DNA of 64,000 nt from contig OZ287072.1 of NCBI GenBank assembly GCA_965645245.1, forward strand, positions 1,612,001 to 1,676,000, given 5' to 3'. Every line of letters begins with the position of its first letter. The stretch's first letter is position 1. The DNA comes from Massalongia carnosa. Lineage: Eukaryota. Below the pieces are notes generated by a model. The model did not search any database. It saw only the letters and a program-made list of their open reading frames with translations, and had not been told where the DNA came from. This document shows positions 50,081-63,928 of the stretch, piece by piece. The position numbers were made by a program, and so were the translations under genes.

Positions 50081-50364
50081 GTTGATTCAAAATAGCATAT
50101 GCTCAAAGTATGAGACTCTTGCATCTCTCTTCACTGAGCCATCGTGCTCCGCCAGAGCTTTAGGGAAAGCGATCATTGGTAGCCAACAGGCCTTGATGCT
50201 GGTCTCCTGGTCCTATTAGTTTGACAGCATTAAACAAACGTTAGATTCATTACATGCGGCTACCATACAGCTAGCTTAACGGCTGTATAATGAGCTATCT
50301 CAATATACGGTCATAAACCCCCGGGGGTAGCGTTTCCTATCATCTAAATGAATGGTAACAAAAA

Positions 50365-52294
50365 CTAATCATCCGGATACTCATCTCTAATGTTGCTCTC
50401 GAAAGTGCTGCTCAGCCTGTCGAAACGCTTAAAGTACCTTCCTGCTATGTTCATCAGGCGGTGTCCAACATCAAACTCTTTAATCTCAATGTTCTCTTCG
50501 GCGACATAGCGTGGGCTGCTGTCTTCGACCCTGCAGGAAGTCAGGTCTACAGTATAGAAAGGGCAGGAATTAAGCTGAACGTACAGTACGTGGTAAAAGG
50601 CTTGATGCCTACCGCGCGCAAGATCAGCCACGTTCATCCTGGATATCCACTCCTCGGTAGCTTTGCAATTCCAATCCCATCCGACGATGATCGCGTGGTA
50701 ATTATAACGCTTGTGCTGAAATAATTGCCCCACCCGATATCTGACATCTTTGCCAGTCTCCCTAGTACGCTGTTTGACGGGCTTAGGTATCCGGTCTCCA
50801 ACACGCATCAATCTTATGGTTTCACGTAAAGGTTCGTAATGACGCTGATGCCGAAAGAGGGGAAGTATATGTTTTTCGATTAGGCCTATATCCATAAAGA
50901 ATTGCTTTTCTAAAAGTTCCACGATGTGTGGGAGGCATCGCGCTCGCTGATCGTTGACTGCCGCTCCATTCCCGTCAGGTAGCATGAGCAAAGCCCAAAG
51001 AGCGCCATAGAAAGCGCTGTCCATTTCCGGAATGGCCGCATCTACGGTTGAGGGACCTTCGGGTATAGTCTGGAGCGAAGCTATAATGTTTCGGGCAGTT
51101 CTTCGAACAATCTCTGTTGTCGACGAGGCATTGAGGAGCGAAGCATGGTTTGACGACACAACGCCCATTTCTGAAAGTTGCATGCGAAGGGTCGCAACAG
51201 GAACTTCATCGTATGATCTGAACGGGTCCGTATACATAGGCTCTGCTTGGGAGGCCTTGTCAATGGACCTGTTGTCCAGATCTACATGTATCGGTGGCTT
51301 AACAATTGCCATTACATGGAAAGGAAATCCACATGGATGTGCATCAATGCCAAGTCTTCTCGCGATACAGCAGTAGATGGCCACAGATATAAGGGGCAGC
51401 GACGGGTGATTGTCATCCTGGAGTGCAATCCCTATGAAACTGTTCTGCAAATCGTGATAGCGTTCTTCACTCGTCACACCTGTTAGTTTATGGTCTCGAA
51501 GGTATTTGACAAGCGTGAGAGCTTTCTGCCTGGTCGATTGGTCCATGATTTCTGGTATCTCGGCCAGGATCAACAGGGTGAATTTGTCAAGGCAAGCCGA
51601 GACCTAGATAGAAGCATGAAGATTAGATGATTTGAAGCGTCCTCGAGTACCTCACGTTCTCTAAGCTTACCTCGTCAAAATCTCCCACCCTATCGTGCAA
51701 GACAAACATATCAAACACTGCCAGCGCTCTTTCCAACGGCACCGAAAGACCATCCTTAAGCTTCACCCATTCCCGTATCCCAAGCGTGCGATGAAGGTGT
51801 CCAAGGACCGCACCGCTGTAGTACCTGTTGCCCCAAACTCAGCTGCCGAGCCCTCCTGACACTACCCGTTTCCCTAATACCTACCGTTGGGCCAAAACAT
51901 CCGCAGCGTCCTCTCCCACCCGCAAATTCCGGAGCAGTGCATCTTTCGCATCGTACCCCAGTCCCACAATCCTCTCCGATTTCTCACTCCGATCCAGCTG
52001 GCCGGCAACGATGCTGTCGACGGTCCGACTCGTGATCCCGTCGACCCTGTGCCGGTCCGCGAAGATCTTCTTCCAGTCCACGTTCACGGCATTGCAGGAG
52101 AACAGGTTCCGAATGCCATGCTCCTCGCCCCAATATTTGAACTGGGTCTGGCAGTGGTGCCGCCATAGCAACGGGGTCACGAGATCCCGGAATCTTCGGG
52201 ATACTTTCTGTATCGTTGGCGCCGAGGATGGTGGAGCGAAGAGAAGGATCTGGAAAATCACCTCGTTGGGGAGGTCGGCGAGCGAGGTGGGCAT
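50365..52294 (-). CDS. F-box + transglutaminase-like (SirB1) + YccV/HspQ domain protein (FBXO21-like)
   Basis: F-box LADLPNEVIFQIL, LPLISVAIYCCIARRLG...CGFPFH, YRVGQLFQHKRYNY.AIIVGWD, FYHVL-VED..RYVAEENI, GRYFKRFD, EYPDD*. Confidence 0.88.
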
Positions 52295-52717
52295 GATGGT
52301 TGAGGGCTGCTCGCCGTGTGTGTAAAAAATACTGATATGCGCTGGGGATATTCGTAGTGGCTTTTAAATAGATACCTAGTTATGATTTGTACGGAGTAAT
52401 ACTTTCGATAGATTATCGAGGTCGTAACCAGTAGAAACAATCATAAGAACCCTTTTTACGGTTTGGAGACTCTAGGGCTTCGGCGTTACATCGCATATAA
52501 GATCGTTTGTAACATATCGTTATCCTGTTCTAAAGGTCCGAGGATAATGTTCTTTTACGTGCTTTAGGGACTGGGAAAGCCGTGCTCCTCATATTTAAAG
52601 CTAAAACCGACGGAAAGCAGCTAACCTATCTACAGAAGCAAATGCTTTCCAGAAATAATTAGCATTGTGACTAATACCAACCAAGTCTCAAGTTCAATTG
52701 ACTTCGGCACCATCCTT

Positions 52718-54259
52718 CTACATCACAGCGCATTTCGCGTAGTCCTCTCCATACTGGTCGACGCCAGACTTTCGTTCATTATCTTTCTGCTTAAGTTTCA
52801 CTTCAACCGGAAAAAATGTCTTAAGAAAATTTGCTAGTGCTTGGTCAAAATTTTCTGGATTTCTGTTAGTAATTGCCGTTGAGCTTGAGGCGATCAGTTC
52901 TATTTACCGCTATCAGCCTGCATGACAACTGATCCTCGACACAATGGGCAATGGTCCTCCTTCGCCCGTTGCATTATTACCATACAACGAATGCAGAAGA
53001 CATGTCCGCATTGGAGCCTTATCGGCTTGAACGATATATTAAAACACACAGGACACAGGTAGTCGTCCAGCTGGGGGATCAACGTAAGAACTTCTTGCGA
53101 GATCTTGTAGCATAAGGACTTGGCCAGAGATTGAGACGAAAGAGTTTCCACGGAAATTTGGTCAGGAAATGCACGCCGAGCTCCCAAAGCGGTTCGCTTG
53201 TCAAATTCTATGATATAATTAGTTTCGTTTTCGTCTCAATCCTACATTACTTACTCTTGAGTATCTTTGTCATAGCTATGGAGTTAAGCTCTTGAAACTT
53301 TAAATTAAGAAGCAGGGTAATGTTAATCAGCAGAAACCGTTCCAGCGTCGCATAGCTCTCCTTTCTACGGAAGCTGTTTGCAGGCTTCAACTCGCGCAGT
53401 TTGTTAGAAAACCTTTGTAGTTGCTTTTGCGCTGTCGAGGAATTCCGGTGGAATTCTTCTTGCTCATTGGTAGAGAAAAAAATGTTGCAGTCAGTATAGA
53501 GCCTGAAAATTTCGCGCCATGCATATAAATCAGTTCTGGTTGGACCCTTCGCCGGTGCAGCTAACTTTGCTACTTCTTGGCCTAAGCTACATATCTCCTT
53601 GGTCAACTCGGACCTCTCGTATGTTTGTAAAGCATGCAGCCCAGAGAGTTCCAGCTTGAGTGTGTGGAAGAACTCGCTATCGTACTTCAAAGGTATTTCT
53701 ACCTTCTGATAATCATCCTGAACTATTCTTTCTGTGGAGCTATCTTGTTCCAGCATGCTCCTAGCTTTGAGTTGACCAAGGACGATATTCTTGTTTTCTG
53801 CAATAACGGCTTTTGGTATGGAGTCCTGGTCATTTTCTTCCTCCCGGAGTGGAACATGCCTATTCTTGTCGGCTAAGCCCTGCAGATAGGCCCTAGTTTC
53901 GGGGCTCAAGGATGCGTCAACAAGGAAACCGTTTCTTGAGTCGATAACAAAGATCAGCTTAGGCTCGAAAGTCGTGAGGTTACCTAGTTAGCTATTACTT
54001 GGTGGAACATTTATAAAACACCCATCTTTCACGACCCACCTTCAAACTGATATTGAAAAGGGACCCCATTGCTACCGGAGGTTTTGAGAAAGTGCCACAA
54101 ATTCTTTAGCGTATCCGCATCAAGGCCTATGCTGGAGAGCTCGATCTGGAATTTGTTGATACATTTCTTGAGCTGCCGATAGGATATAGCTGTTTGTATC
54201 CAGTGATCTGGATAGGCCTCATGCCTCAATGCAGCTTCATATTCATGTGCAAACTTCAT
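52718..54259 (-). CDS. SPX-RING ubiquitin ligase (RING-14/Pqr1/NLA-like)
   Basis: SPX start MKFAHEY...ISYRQLKKCI, KILKKFDKRT, C3HC4 RING CPVC...CGHVFCIRC...CPLC, ends CAVM*. Confidence 0.88.
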
Positions 54260-54841
54260 AATGACTTCTCCTTCAATGTGTTCATAAATCGCGAAGATGG
54301 CCACAAAGAAGAACAAAAACCGACTCCCTCGTAAGAAAATGATTCACTACCCAAGACTTGACCTTCAAACTAATTCCCTTTATGGAGGGCGATAACGGCT
54401 AACACCACGAACGATGGTATATGAAGATAAGAGTTTAAGTCGAGACATGCTACGCCTCAGACCATTATCATTCATCGAGGAAGAGTCAGTTAAATAATAC
54501 TGCTTGGTCTTATGATGAGCTAGAACACTTCTGTCGTAGGGAAATCTGACAATTCCTTGACTTTCTTTAGGTCACGACGCAACCTTGACGCTCCAATGGT
54601 GGCGCGGGTCGGATTAATTACGTAAGAGTACTTAGGGCATTCTAGAGCAGATACAACTACTTGCGAGTACCCTATCGAAGTCACCTTGGCAGGTGATTAA
54701 AATACCATGGAGCACCAATGACAAGCAACGCCATTTTATTGTGCCTGCAGTTTCTGAAACCTTGAATTCTCCAGCCCACCCATCAGTCGTACATAACTAG
54801 ACTAATAGCGATATCCTGTCTATCAGACCTCTACCAATAGA

Positions 54842-56645
54842 ATGGGTGCAAACCAGTCAGCTAATGCTGATGGCAGCAGCGGCGCAGAGGATGGGTCTGA
54901 GAAGCAAGCTGCGCAGGTAAAAACATGCTATTATCAGCTATTTGGGGTCGAGCGCCAGGCATCTGATGAAGAGTAAATCTGCTGTGGGATCGAGGAGATA
55001 ATAAACTAATCAACCCTGAAGGATCAAGAGAGCGTATCGCAAGAAAGCCTTGGAGCTTCATCCGGATCGTAATTATGGAAATGTCGAGAAGACCACCAAG
55101 TTGTTTGCAGAAGTACAGTCTGCGTACGCCGTGCTGTCAGATCCGCAGGAGAGAGCTTGGTATGATTCACACTGGGGTGCAATCTTGCAAGATGATGTCA
55201 AGTTCTCTGAGAATCATTATGAGCACAACGTGCGGATAACGACAACAGAAGACATCTTGAAGATGCTCAGCAAATTCGATGGGCGAATGGATTTCTCGGA
55301 CTCCGCCTCCGGTTTCTATACCAAAATTAGGGTTGTATTTGCAAATCTTGCAAAAGAGGAGGAGTTGGCTTGTAAGTGGCAGCCTATCGATTTTGTCGAA
55401 TACCCCTCCTTTGGTCATGCCGATGATGATTATGAGCATACCGTTCGTCCTTTTTACGCGGCGTGGAATAGCTTTGCCACCAGCAAGACATTTTCGTGGA
55501 AGGATGCTTATCGTTATTCTGAAGCACATGATCGGCGTGAGAGGCGTATGATGGAGAGAGAAAACAAACGCTTCAGAGAAGAAGCTGTTCATGAGTTTAA
55601 CGATTGTGTGAGATCGCTGGTAGCTTTCGTAAAAAAGCGTGACCCCAGGTTCAAATCAAATCTCAAAACCGAAGCAGAGCGACAGAAGGCCTTACGAGAT
55701 GCAGCTCTAGCCCAAGCGGCTCGATCACGAGCTGCCAACCAGGTTAAATCGAATCTGCCTCACGAGATACCCAGCTGGACGAACTCGCATGATCCCAGCG
55801 CAGATAACTCTACTGAAGAGGAAGAGGAAACAATCGAGGAGCAAGTGGAATGTATTGTGTGTAAGAAAATATTCAAGAGCGAGAAGCAATACGAGTCACA
55901 TGAAAGGAGTAACAAGCACATTAAAGCCACTCAGCAAATTCGTCGGGAGATGCAAAAAGAGGATCAGACTTTAAATCTCCTACCTCGCCAGTCTTCTTCT
56001 TTGTCCCCTCCCAATGAAGTCCAAGGGGAGGACCTATCTAAGCAACCAACCTTGGCCGAGCATGATATTTTAGCTAGCCATGAAAACGTGATTTTAGACA
56101 CCACCGCTACATTCCTAGTAGCAGACAGTGAGTCCTACAAGCCTACGATTGATAACCTCGATGAATACCAATTAACGACTGAGAAACTGGAAAGCCCTTC
56201 AAGTACTACCTCGCTATCATACTCGTCTGGTGACGATTATGCTACTAGAGAGGTGATTCAAGAGCGTATTCTTGAAGGCGATGGTCCCTCCGAGCGGACT
56301 CAAGAAGTATCGAATGTCGACAAATTAGCTCTACAAATATCTAGAGAGCCATTTATGCAAGAGAAAATTCAAACGATGCCGTCGAAGGTTGGAAAGGCAA
56401 AGGAAAAACGAGCCAAAAAAGCTGCACAACAGGGAACTGCAAATAAAAGGCCCGATTTAGATGTTAGTATACCAACTCTTCAGCATCAATGTCCCCTTCC
56501 CCACTGATAGAGGTTATAGTTCAAATGTGCTACCTGCCAAGCAGGCTTCCCTTCTAAGACGAAGCTCTTCACTCACATCAAAGACTCAAACCACGCCCAG
56601 TCTATGTCCAAACCAGCCAGGAGCGGGAAGGCCCGAAAAGTGTGA
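54842..56645 (+). CDS. JJJ1: J-domain + C2H2 zinc-finger 60S biogenesis cochaperone (Jjj1/DNAJC21)
   Basis: J domain with HPD (LELHPDRN), VLSDPQERAWYDSH, VAFVKKRDPR, two zinc fingers (CIVC...H..SNKH; CATC...SKTKLFTH). Confidence 0.9.
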
Positions 56646-57456
56646 AAGCGGGTTTTATACATACAGGCAGCACTGGAGGCATTTTGGTGATTAAGGCGTG
56701 CTGGCTTATTGTATGGAACGCTGCATAGCGGCGGCGTTGCATTTTCCTGTGGTAAGAATTCAAAAAATATATAATTCCATTAGAGAAGAAGTAGGTCGAT
56801 CAATGTCTTATGTAGAAAAAGGAACGTTCTATGAGTTTAAAAAGAGTACTCCTCGAGTGTTGATATTGGAAATTATTTGTTTCGGCTTTCCCCTTTTCAA
56901 CCCCCCCTTTTGGGAAGAAGTTCTTCACCGCAAGCTCCTCCTCCTCGCCCTTTCCACACCATAGTTAATAGCTGCCCACTTGATCGACCATCCAATTCTT
57001 GGAAATTATTAGTTGGTATCTAGTGTACACCAGGCCAAAAAAAAAAGGTTATATCGGTTGATTGTAAACCTTCTATGTAGTTTAAGTGCTTCTTTTATAA
57101 AATAAAAATTTTTAAATCCTTGGCAAAAGGTTAGGGTTAGCGATACTCCGTCAGAACAACGACTTCAGTGCTGAATGCTGATAACTTAAGTGGTACCCTG
57201 TATGACTCCTCTAAAAGAATAGTAAGCTAGCTAGCTAAGCTATTTGATAAGAGAGTCCTGATGGCGGCCATCTTTGCAACCAGAAAATGCTTAAACTCGT
57301 TGGTTTTTTTACTGCGACGTATGTATAGGGGACCGCATGATTGCGTTATTTTATTTAACAAAGATTATGGCATCATTCCACGTGGTTGATAGCTGGCTAT
57401 TAGCCAGTTGCAGCCATAACTCATTCGCCATATTTCATGTAGCCGCCCCAAGGCCC

Positions 57457-59998
57457 TCATCCTAATCCAGCCTTCGTAGTCTTTACAACATGCATCACGG
57501 GTTGCATAATGCCCTTGTTGTTCACTGCCCCTAATGCTGTCCCCGTGCTCCAACCCATCTTCTCCAACATGGCTCTGCCCTTGTTCTCCTGCCCAAGCTC
57601 GGGAGCCGCAGCGCCCACAATCTCCCCGTCTTTGTACGACACGGCAGCGTTGTTAAACCCTCCTCCTCGAGCCCTCCGTATAGAATTCGAGCTCCCGCTG
57701 GTTCTTTTATCGTGTCGCGGCACAAAGCGCTTGAAGTTCATCTGAACTTCAAGCGCACTCAACGCGGCTCCATCATAATGTGCCGTTCGGGAGGTTTTGT
57801 ATAGAATCGGAAACCGAGATTTCCCACTACCAATAGACTTCGATTTTAATTTGAGAACATTGGCTATCTCATGAACCATCTTACGGTTCTGGTGGTCCAT
57901 CGGTGGTAGCGATAGGCTAGCACGGTTAGTAGAAACAGACCGGTGGGGTTAATAGGCTCTACCTTTCTTCAGAGGACAATAGGAAGACTCGGATCTCGTC
58001 TTTTAACTCGGGCAACGACATTCCCTCCGAATATTTGTATTTCAAGTCTGGTTTTTTGCTTTTACCTAGTAGACCTTGAGCACGTAGTTCTTCACGCTCC
58101 TGCTTACGTATATTTTTCTTAGCTCGATCTTTCTCCCATTCTAAATGAAACGACTTCTCTACATCTGTATCCGTAGGCTCTGGATTTGGCATCCCACGGC
58201 GCCCCTTGAGCTTCAACCTCAAACTAGGACGCTCCCGGTCCATCACATCGAAGCCGTCGTATGGATCAGCAACCAACGGCCCGAGAGGAGAATTTGCCAA
58301 ACGTAGATTATTCCCCATTCGTTTATGTTCTGCCCTTTCCTCTCGTGCTGTGTTGGAGCGTATTCTTCTCCGTGTGGACGGAACCGGATATTCCTCTCCA
58401 TCCCCATATCCATCAAATAAAAGCAAGTCACTGGATCCAAGGCCAAGCTCCTCCTGTTTCGAGAGCAACCTGGCAATAGTTCCATCGGTCATTCTATCCC
58501 TTTTATGATTTAGAAGATCTTGTTCATCTAGAATGTCATCTAAATCTTCCTGTAGGTCCATGTCTATCTGTCCATCGCTTAGTACATCAGCTGACTCGTT
58601 GTCCGTCAAAAATTCGTCGACTCCCCGTAGGTTGGACTCAAAACATTTAATTTTTTGTGCAGCCCTGGGCATTGCATGAGAACCTAGCTTAATCCATCGT
58701 GCATCAGCGATAGTGCGGCCTTTCTCTACGATCAGGTACTGAACCCCTGAATGTCTCTTACGCTTGGATAGGATCTCGTCTAAGCTGCTTAAATCCTCGC
58801 TTGAGGTACTAAGATTGTCAAACTCTTCGAGACTTGAATGCGTCCAACGCGTAGCATGACGTGTAACTTTGCTTACAGCAGCTTTTTTTGACGAATTATT
58901 AATCACGTCTCTAATATCACGTTTAGAGTTCAAAATGCTGTGAGAAACCTTGGTAGGATCGTCGCTGTTATCGATCTCGCCAATGTTGGCAATATAATCA
59001 GCAAGAATCTCATCCTCTGAAAAAGGTTGCCGTGAAAAACGGTTCATAACCGATATGTTAGACACACCAGAGTCTATTACTTGACTGTATTTGCGGGAAG
59101 TATCAGGTCCTTTGGAATGGAGCGTGGACGAGAGGCAGTCTTTTAGACCCGAAGACGTAATGTGGGCATCGATGTGTACAGGATTATCTTTGATAATGGC
59201 TCTTCGGCTGTTTAACAAGCTCGACGGCCGCAAGCTGTTGGCTTTGGATCCGAAAGACGTATGACCGCTTTCTGATCTCGCTTCAGTTCGGCCTCTCCCG
59301 GGAAATACCAAGATCTCCTCGCTTGAATCTGAAATCCCAGGTGATGGCGAGCGTTGTACCACGGGTTCTGCAAGCCCAATTGCGATAGGTTGATGTGCAC
59401 CTTCAATATCTTCAGAGTATTTACTAGTATGGATTTCCATATTTGCTACACGGTTCACGAGTTCCTTCTGTTCCAAAGTTGTGGACAAATCAAGTGCATC
59501 AGCACCATCACAGTCTCTTTCAATGGAAGGTAACTTTGGTGGGCTTGGTAGCGCCACCTGGTCTGGGTGAAGAGTTGCGCTGGGAATGAATGAACATATT
59601 GGCAATTCATCGGCTGCACCATCCGTCTCAGGTATGCTGTTGTTTGATTCATCCATATGAGATTCACCCACACTGACAAAGGCCACGCGTGCATGGCGTA
59701 ATTTAAGATCCGACTTCCAAGGTTGATGACGTTCTGTTGTATTTTGAGCTTCTTGTCTCATGGAAAAAGGTGCTTGCTCATGGGCTATCATAGGTATTAA
59801 TACATGACCAGACGACTTAACCATGTGTTCTCAAGGAATTAGAGACAGATACTAACGATTTTCTTGCATCTCTTGGGGAGACCCATAGCTTCTTGGGGAA
59901 ACATATGTAGAAACGTTCAGCACACGGCGACCTCCCCTTGTCGTTGTTGCTGTTTCTTTGGCCAGCAAACGCCCTTTGGCCCTGGCCCCTCGGCCCAT
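57457..59998 (-). CDS. SQS1: R3H + G-patch protein (Sqs1/Pfa1-like)
   Basis: R3H LPPMDHQNRKMVHEIA...KSKSIGSGKSR, G-patch NKGRAMLEKMGWSTGTALG...KAGLG*. Confidence 0.85.
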
Positions 59999-60747
59999 CA
60001 GTTTGCAGTAGGGTTTGCCCTTCTATGAGATTTTACATTCATTTACAAGCAGTAAATATGATCATAAAGGGGTCAAGGTAGTTTTGCTGAAGGTAACAGG
60101 TGAGTAGTCAAGTCAGAAATGAGAGTAGTAATAACAGCTAATATTGTCAAATCTGTGAGAGGGAGACAAGTCGTATTATTCCGTCGTTATATATCTGTGC
60201 CTCATAAATCGTTCGCTTATCTAAGATGCTCCGTACCCAAATATCTGCATCATCCACCCATGACATTGTCGTCAAGCTAAGGTTTTGATGGTTAACCCAC
60301 ATAGTACAGAGGTACAGGGTACTCCCCGGGTGCCACTTAAATACAGACAAAACCTGGAAGCAGTATACTGAATTTATAATCTTGTAGCTGACGAGAAAGC
60401 GCTCTTTATACTCACAAGCAATATCATGTGCCGGCTTAGATGATATCTTGCTGCCTTGATCCAATTTGGGCGTTTTCGACAGTCTAAAAGGTTCTTCATG
60501 GGTTAAACATAATCCGAGCCCAGCTTCCTGGCTTCAACCTTGTTCTCGTCACGCTGGAAATCCATTTGGATCCTCTCATGTCTGATTAGGGTTTTAACAA
60601 GATATATAGGGCTCTCCCTCCTTCAAGCTGTTTTCAGTTACCTTAGGACGCAACAAAAACGTTTCCATCAGCACCAAGCAGTGAGCGCTGCGGTCTAAAC
60701 GAATGTGGAGGGCGAAAACCTCCCTACGATAGGACGATAAGCCTGTT

Positions 60748-62251
60748 ATGTCGCATGTTGACTTCGGGCGCTATAAGCGGATCGTTCAGTACTTTTGGGA
60801 TCCCGAACCGAAAAATGACGATGGCTTAAACTTGTCCATTTGGTGCTTGGGCAAGGAGTATCAGTCTAAGACCAAGGCCTCTAGTATTGCGACATCATCG
60901 TCATTTACGCTAGATGAGGACAAAGGCAAAATTTGCAAAGAAGATGGATCATACCAGCTTCCGAAGAGGACGACATTAACCTCGGCGAATGGCGGGCAAG
61001 AAGTTCTGCTTCAAACACCGGCATATACAGACAACGGGGATCGAGAGTGGCCGAAAGATTTCTTAGATGATTTTGAGTCACGCCTTTGGTTTACTTATCG
61101 CTCGAACTTTCCTAATATTCCGAGATCACCTGATCCTCAGGCATCAAACTTGATCAGTCTCTCGGTACGGTTACGTAGCCAGTTGGCTGATCATAGTGGG
61201 TTCACATCAGACACTGGTTGGGGATGTATGATTCGATCAGGGCAGAGCCTCCTTGCGAATGCTCTCTTGAGACTACGGTTAGGAAGAGGCATGACGTTGA
61301 GAAATCCCTTCGCGGATATTGGTCTAACACGTCCATAGAATGGCGGCGAGGAACTCACCTGGATGAGGAACGAAACCTTCTGAGCATGTTTGCAGATGAC
61401 CCTAGGGCACCATTCTCGATTCATAAATTCGTCAAGCATGGCGCTTCAGCTTGCGGAAAGCATCCTGGCGAATGGTTTGGACCGTCGGCTACAGCAAGGT
61501 GTATACGGTGAGTTTACCTGTTATTGCTAACGTGTTATCACAAAGTCTCATTTGACTTAGGGCGCTTTCGTTACAATACACTTCGAGGGAACTTAATGTT
61601 TATGTCACAGGCGACGGTGCCGATGTTTATGAGGACAGCTTCATGAAGATTGCAACAGCGGATGATGGTAGCTTTATCCCAACGCTCATCTTGGTTGGCA
61701 TTCGATTAGGGATAGATCGGGTCACACCGGCATATCGAGAAGCACTCAAAGCGGTGCTGCAGCTCCCCCAGTCAATTGGTATTGCTGGGTAAATCAGTCT
61801 TCCACCCATCACAATTTGTCTTCGATTACTGACCAACACGAGCAGAGGACGTCCATCTTCGTCGCATTACTTTATAGCCGTCCAAGGGGATAAGTTTTTC
61901 TATCTGGATCCCCATCAAACGCGTGTCGCCTTACCGCTACATGAAGATGCTGCAAGCTACACCGATGAAGAGATGGATTCATGCCATACTCGGCGACTGC
62001 GGCGTCTTTCCATTGAGGAAATGGATCCTAGCATGCTCATTGGTTTTCTTATCACGGATCGCGAGGATTGGGAGCGGTGGCGAGCGGCCGTTACTCATGT
62101 GGCGGGAAAGCCTGTGGTAAATGTTGCGGACGTGGAGCCGATAGAGTTCAACGATAGCGGAGAACGGCAAAGCGCGATAGACGAAGTTGAAACCTTTGAT
62201 GATGAGAATGAGAATGATAGCGAAGGTGAACTCGTTGAGCGTCCTGCATAA
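60748..62251 (+). CDS. ATG4: Autophagy cysteine protease Atg4 (peptidase C54)
   Basis: [52 protein letters not shown]; first intron is GC-AG. Confidence 0.95.
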
Positions 62252-62735
62252 CTGCTCGAGGGCCGTTCTTTGATAGTTCTCCTAGTGATGCGTCAAGCGC
62301 ATTCTCCAAATGGTATAATGCTCTTATCGTAGTACCTAGAACAACGCTCACCGGACTCGAGAAATCGCGAAATGTGACGATAATGAGTTCTTGAGTCAAT
62401 GCGGTAAAAAATTTCAGCCAATTTCAGCGAAATTGTAACCATGCATGATTCAGTGTTGTTGGGTAAGTTTATCAGACATTGTGCAAATATTATCAAGAAT
62501 AGACACAGGTTGGAAAATATTTCATCTTCTACTTCCTTGGATATTTTGTACAATACAGCTGAAGCTTGCCCTAAATGCAAGACAAACGAACATTCAATCC
62601 CCAAGGTAACCCTTCCCATAACGCATTAGGACCCGTTAACACCATGAAAACAGGAATGCCCCGCTCATCACCAACCCTTAAACTTCAGCTGAGACTGGCG
62701 CACAAAGCAGAAGACTCGCCGACATGAAAAACAGG

Positions 62736-63369
62736 CTACTTGGTAGATGAAGAGTACTTGGTTACAGCTTTTGTGCCTTCAGACACTGCGTGCTTAGCGA
62801 GTTCACCAGGTAGGATAAGTCGGACGCTGTTACAAAAATTAGCTATAGTCATATGGAATGTCACGATTAAGCTAACATACGAGGTTTGGATCTCCCGAGA
62901 CGAAATTGTAGACTTCTTGTTGTAGGCAGCAAGCTTGGATGCTTCGGTTGCTACGCGCTCGAAGATATCTAAATTTTGGTTAGAATGCAAAGTGCACTTA
63001 AATAGAACAAATCGGTGTCTTACCGTTGACAAAGGAATTTAGAATAGACATAGCACGATTGGAAATGCCAGTATCAGGATGCACTTGTTTGAGAACTAGA
63101 TGTAGTGCGTCAGTTTAACTCCAATCTAAGGCGTTACAAAACTGCAAAAACGAAAGTTTTGTATTCACCAACGTGAGAAAATGAATGGGAGTAAAACCTT
63201 TGTAGATATAGGAAGAATAAGTTTCCTTTCGCGTCTTATTTCTCTTTTTCTTCTCTCCACCAGAAGGCGCTGCAGTCTTCTTCCCGGCCTCCTTCTTCTC
63301 GACAGGTGCTTTGCCAGCTGGGGCCTTACCGCCCGTAGAGGGCTTCTTTTCGGCAGCTTTGGGAGGCAT
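62736..63369 (-). CDS. HTB1: Histone H2B, three introns
   Basis: [10 protein letters not shown]...[23 protein letters not shown]...[25 protein letters not shown]. Confidence 0.97.
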
Positions 63370-63875
63370 TTTGGATTGTTTGGAAGAATGGAGCTAGTTC
63401 AAATATCTGACGAGTTTGTTGGTAAGTACTGAACTTTAAAAGATAATTTCGTCGTGATATGGAGGAATGTACAAATTGAAGGAAGAGAATATGGGCGGCG
63501 AGTGAACTTATAGTCGCTGGGTTGGAGTCGTGATTTGCTTGGCGCGTTGGAGTCGGATGAGCTTAAGCGAGCAATAACAGCTGTATCGGGCTTGGCGCTG
63601 TCTTGGCTAGCGAAACACAGGCCGGCAAACACCTAATAAGTAACGACAAAATACAAATTTTATGACTAAGCGAGCCATTTACTGTGCGATCGAAATCATC
63701 AGGCTCGCGCTCCTGTTACATAAACCCCATCCTACCCTTTCCCTCTGATTGACATACAGCCGTTCCGAACCTACACCAACTATCCCCTAGCTTTCAACAA
63801 CCACCATTATCAATAAAGGTAGATCTTTCTCCTCGAGTTCCCTTACTCTCAACCAGATTACAGAAATCTATCAAA

Positions 63876-63928
63876 ATGACGGGAGGTAAATCAGGAGGCA
63901 AGGCTAGCGGGAACAAAACATCCCAATC
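63876..63928 (+). CDS. HTA1: Histone H2A, first exon (gene runs off the window), divergent from H2B
   Basis: MTGGKSGGKASGNKTSQS followed by a GTATGT donor; classic divergent H2A/H2B pair. Confidence 0.88.

Noticed and set aside
46984..54259. Deubiquitinase, F-box and RING genes as a functional ubiquitin gene cluster
   Set aside because: These families are numerous and no shared regulatory signal is visible; proximity is plausibly chance.
57129..57140. GGTTAGGGTTAG telomere-like motif in an AT-rich intergenic stretch
   Set aside because: About two units only, expected by chance; the surrounding 56880-57130 may be a decayed element but no paired TIR or ORF was found.
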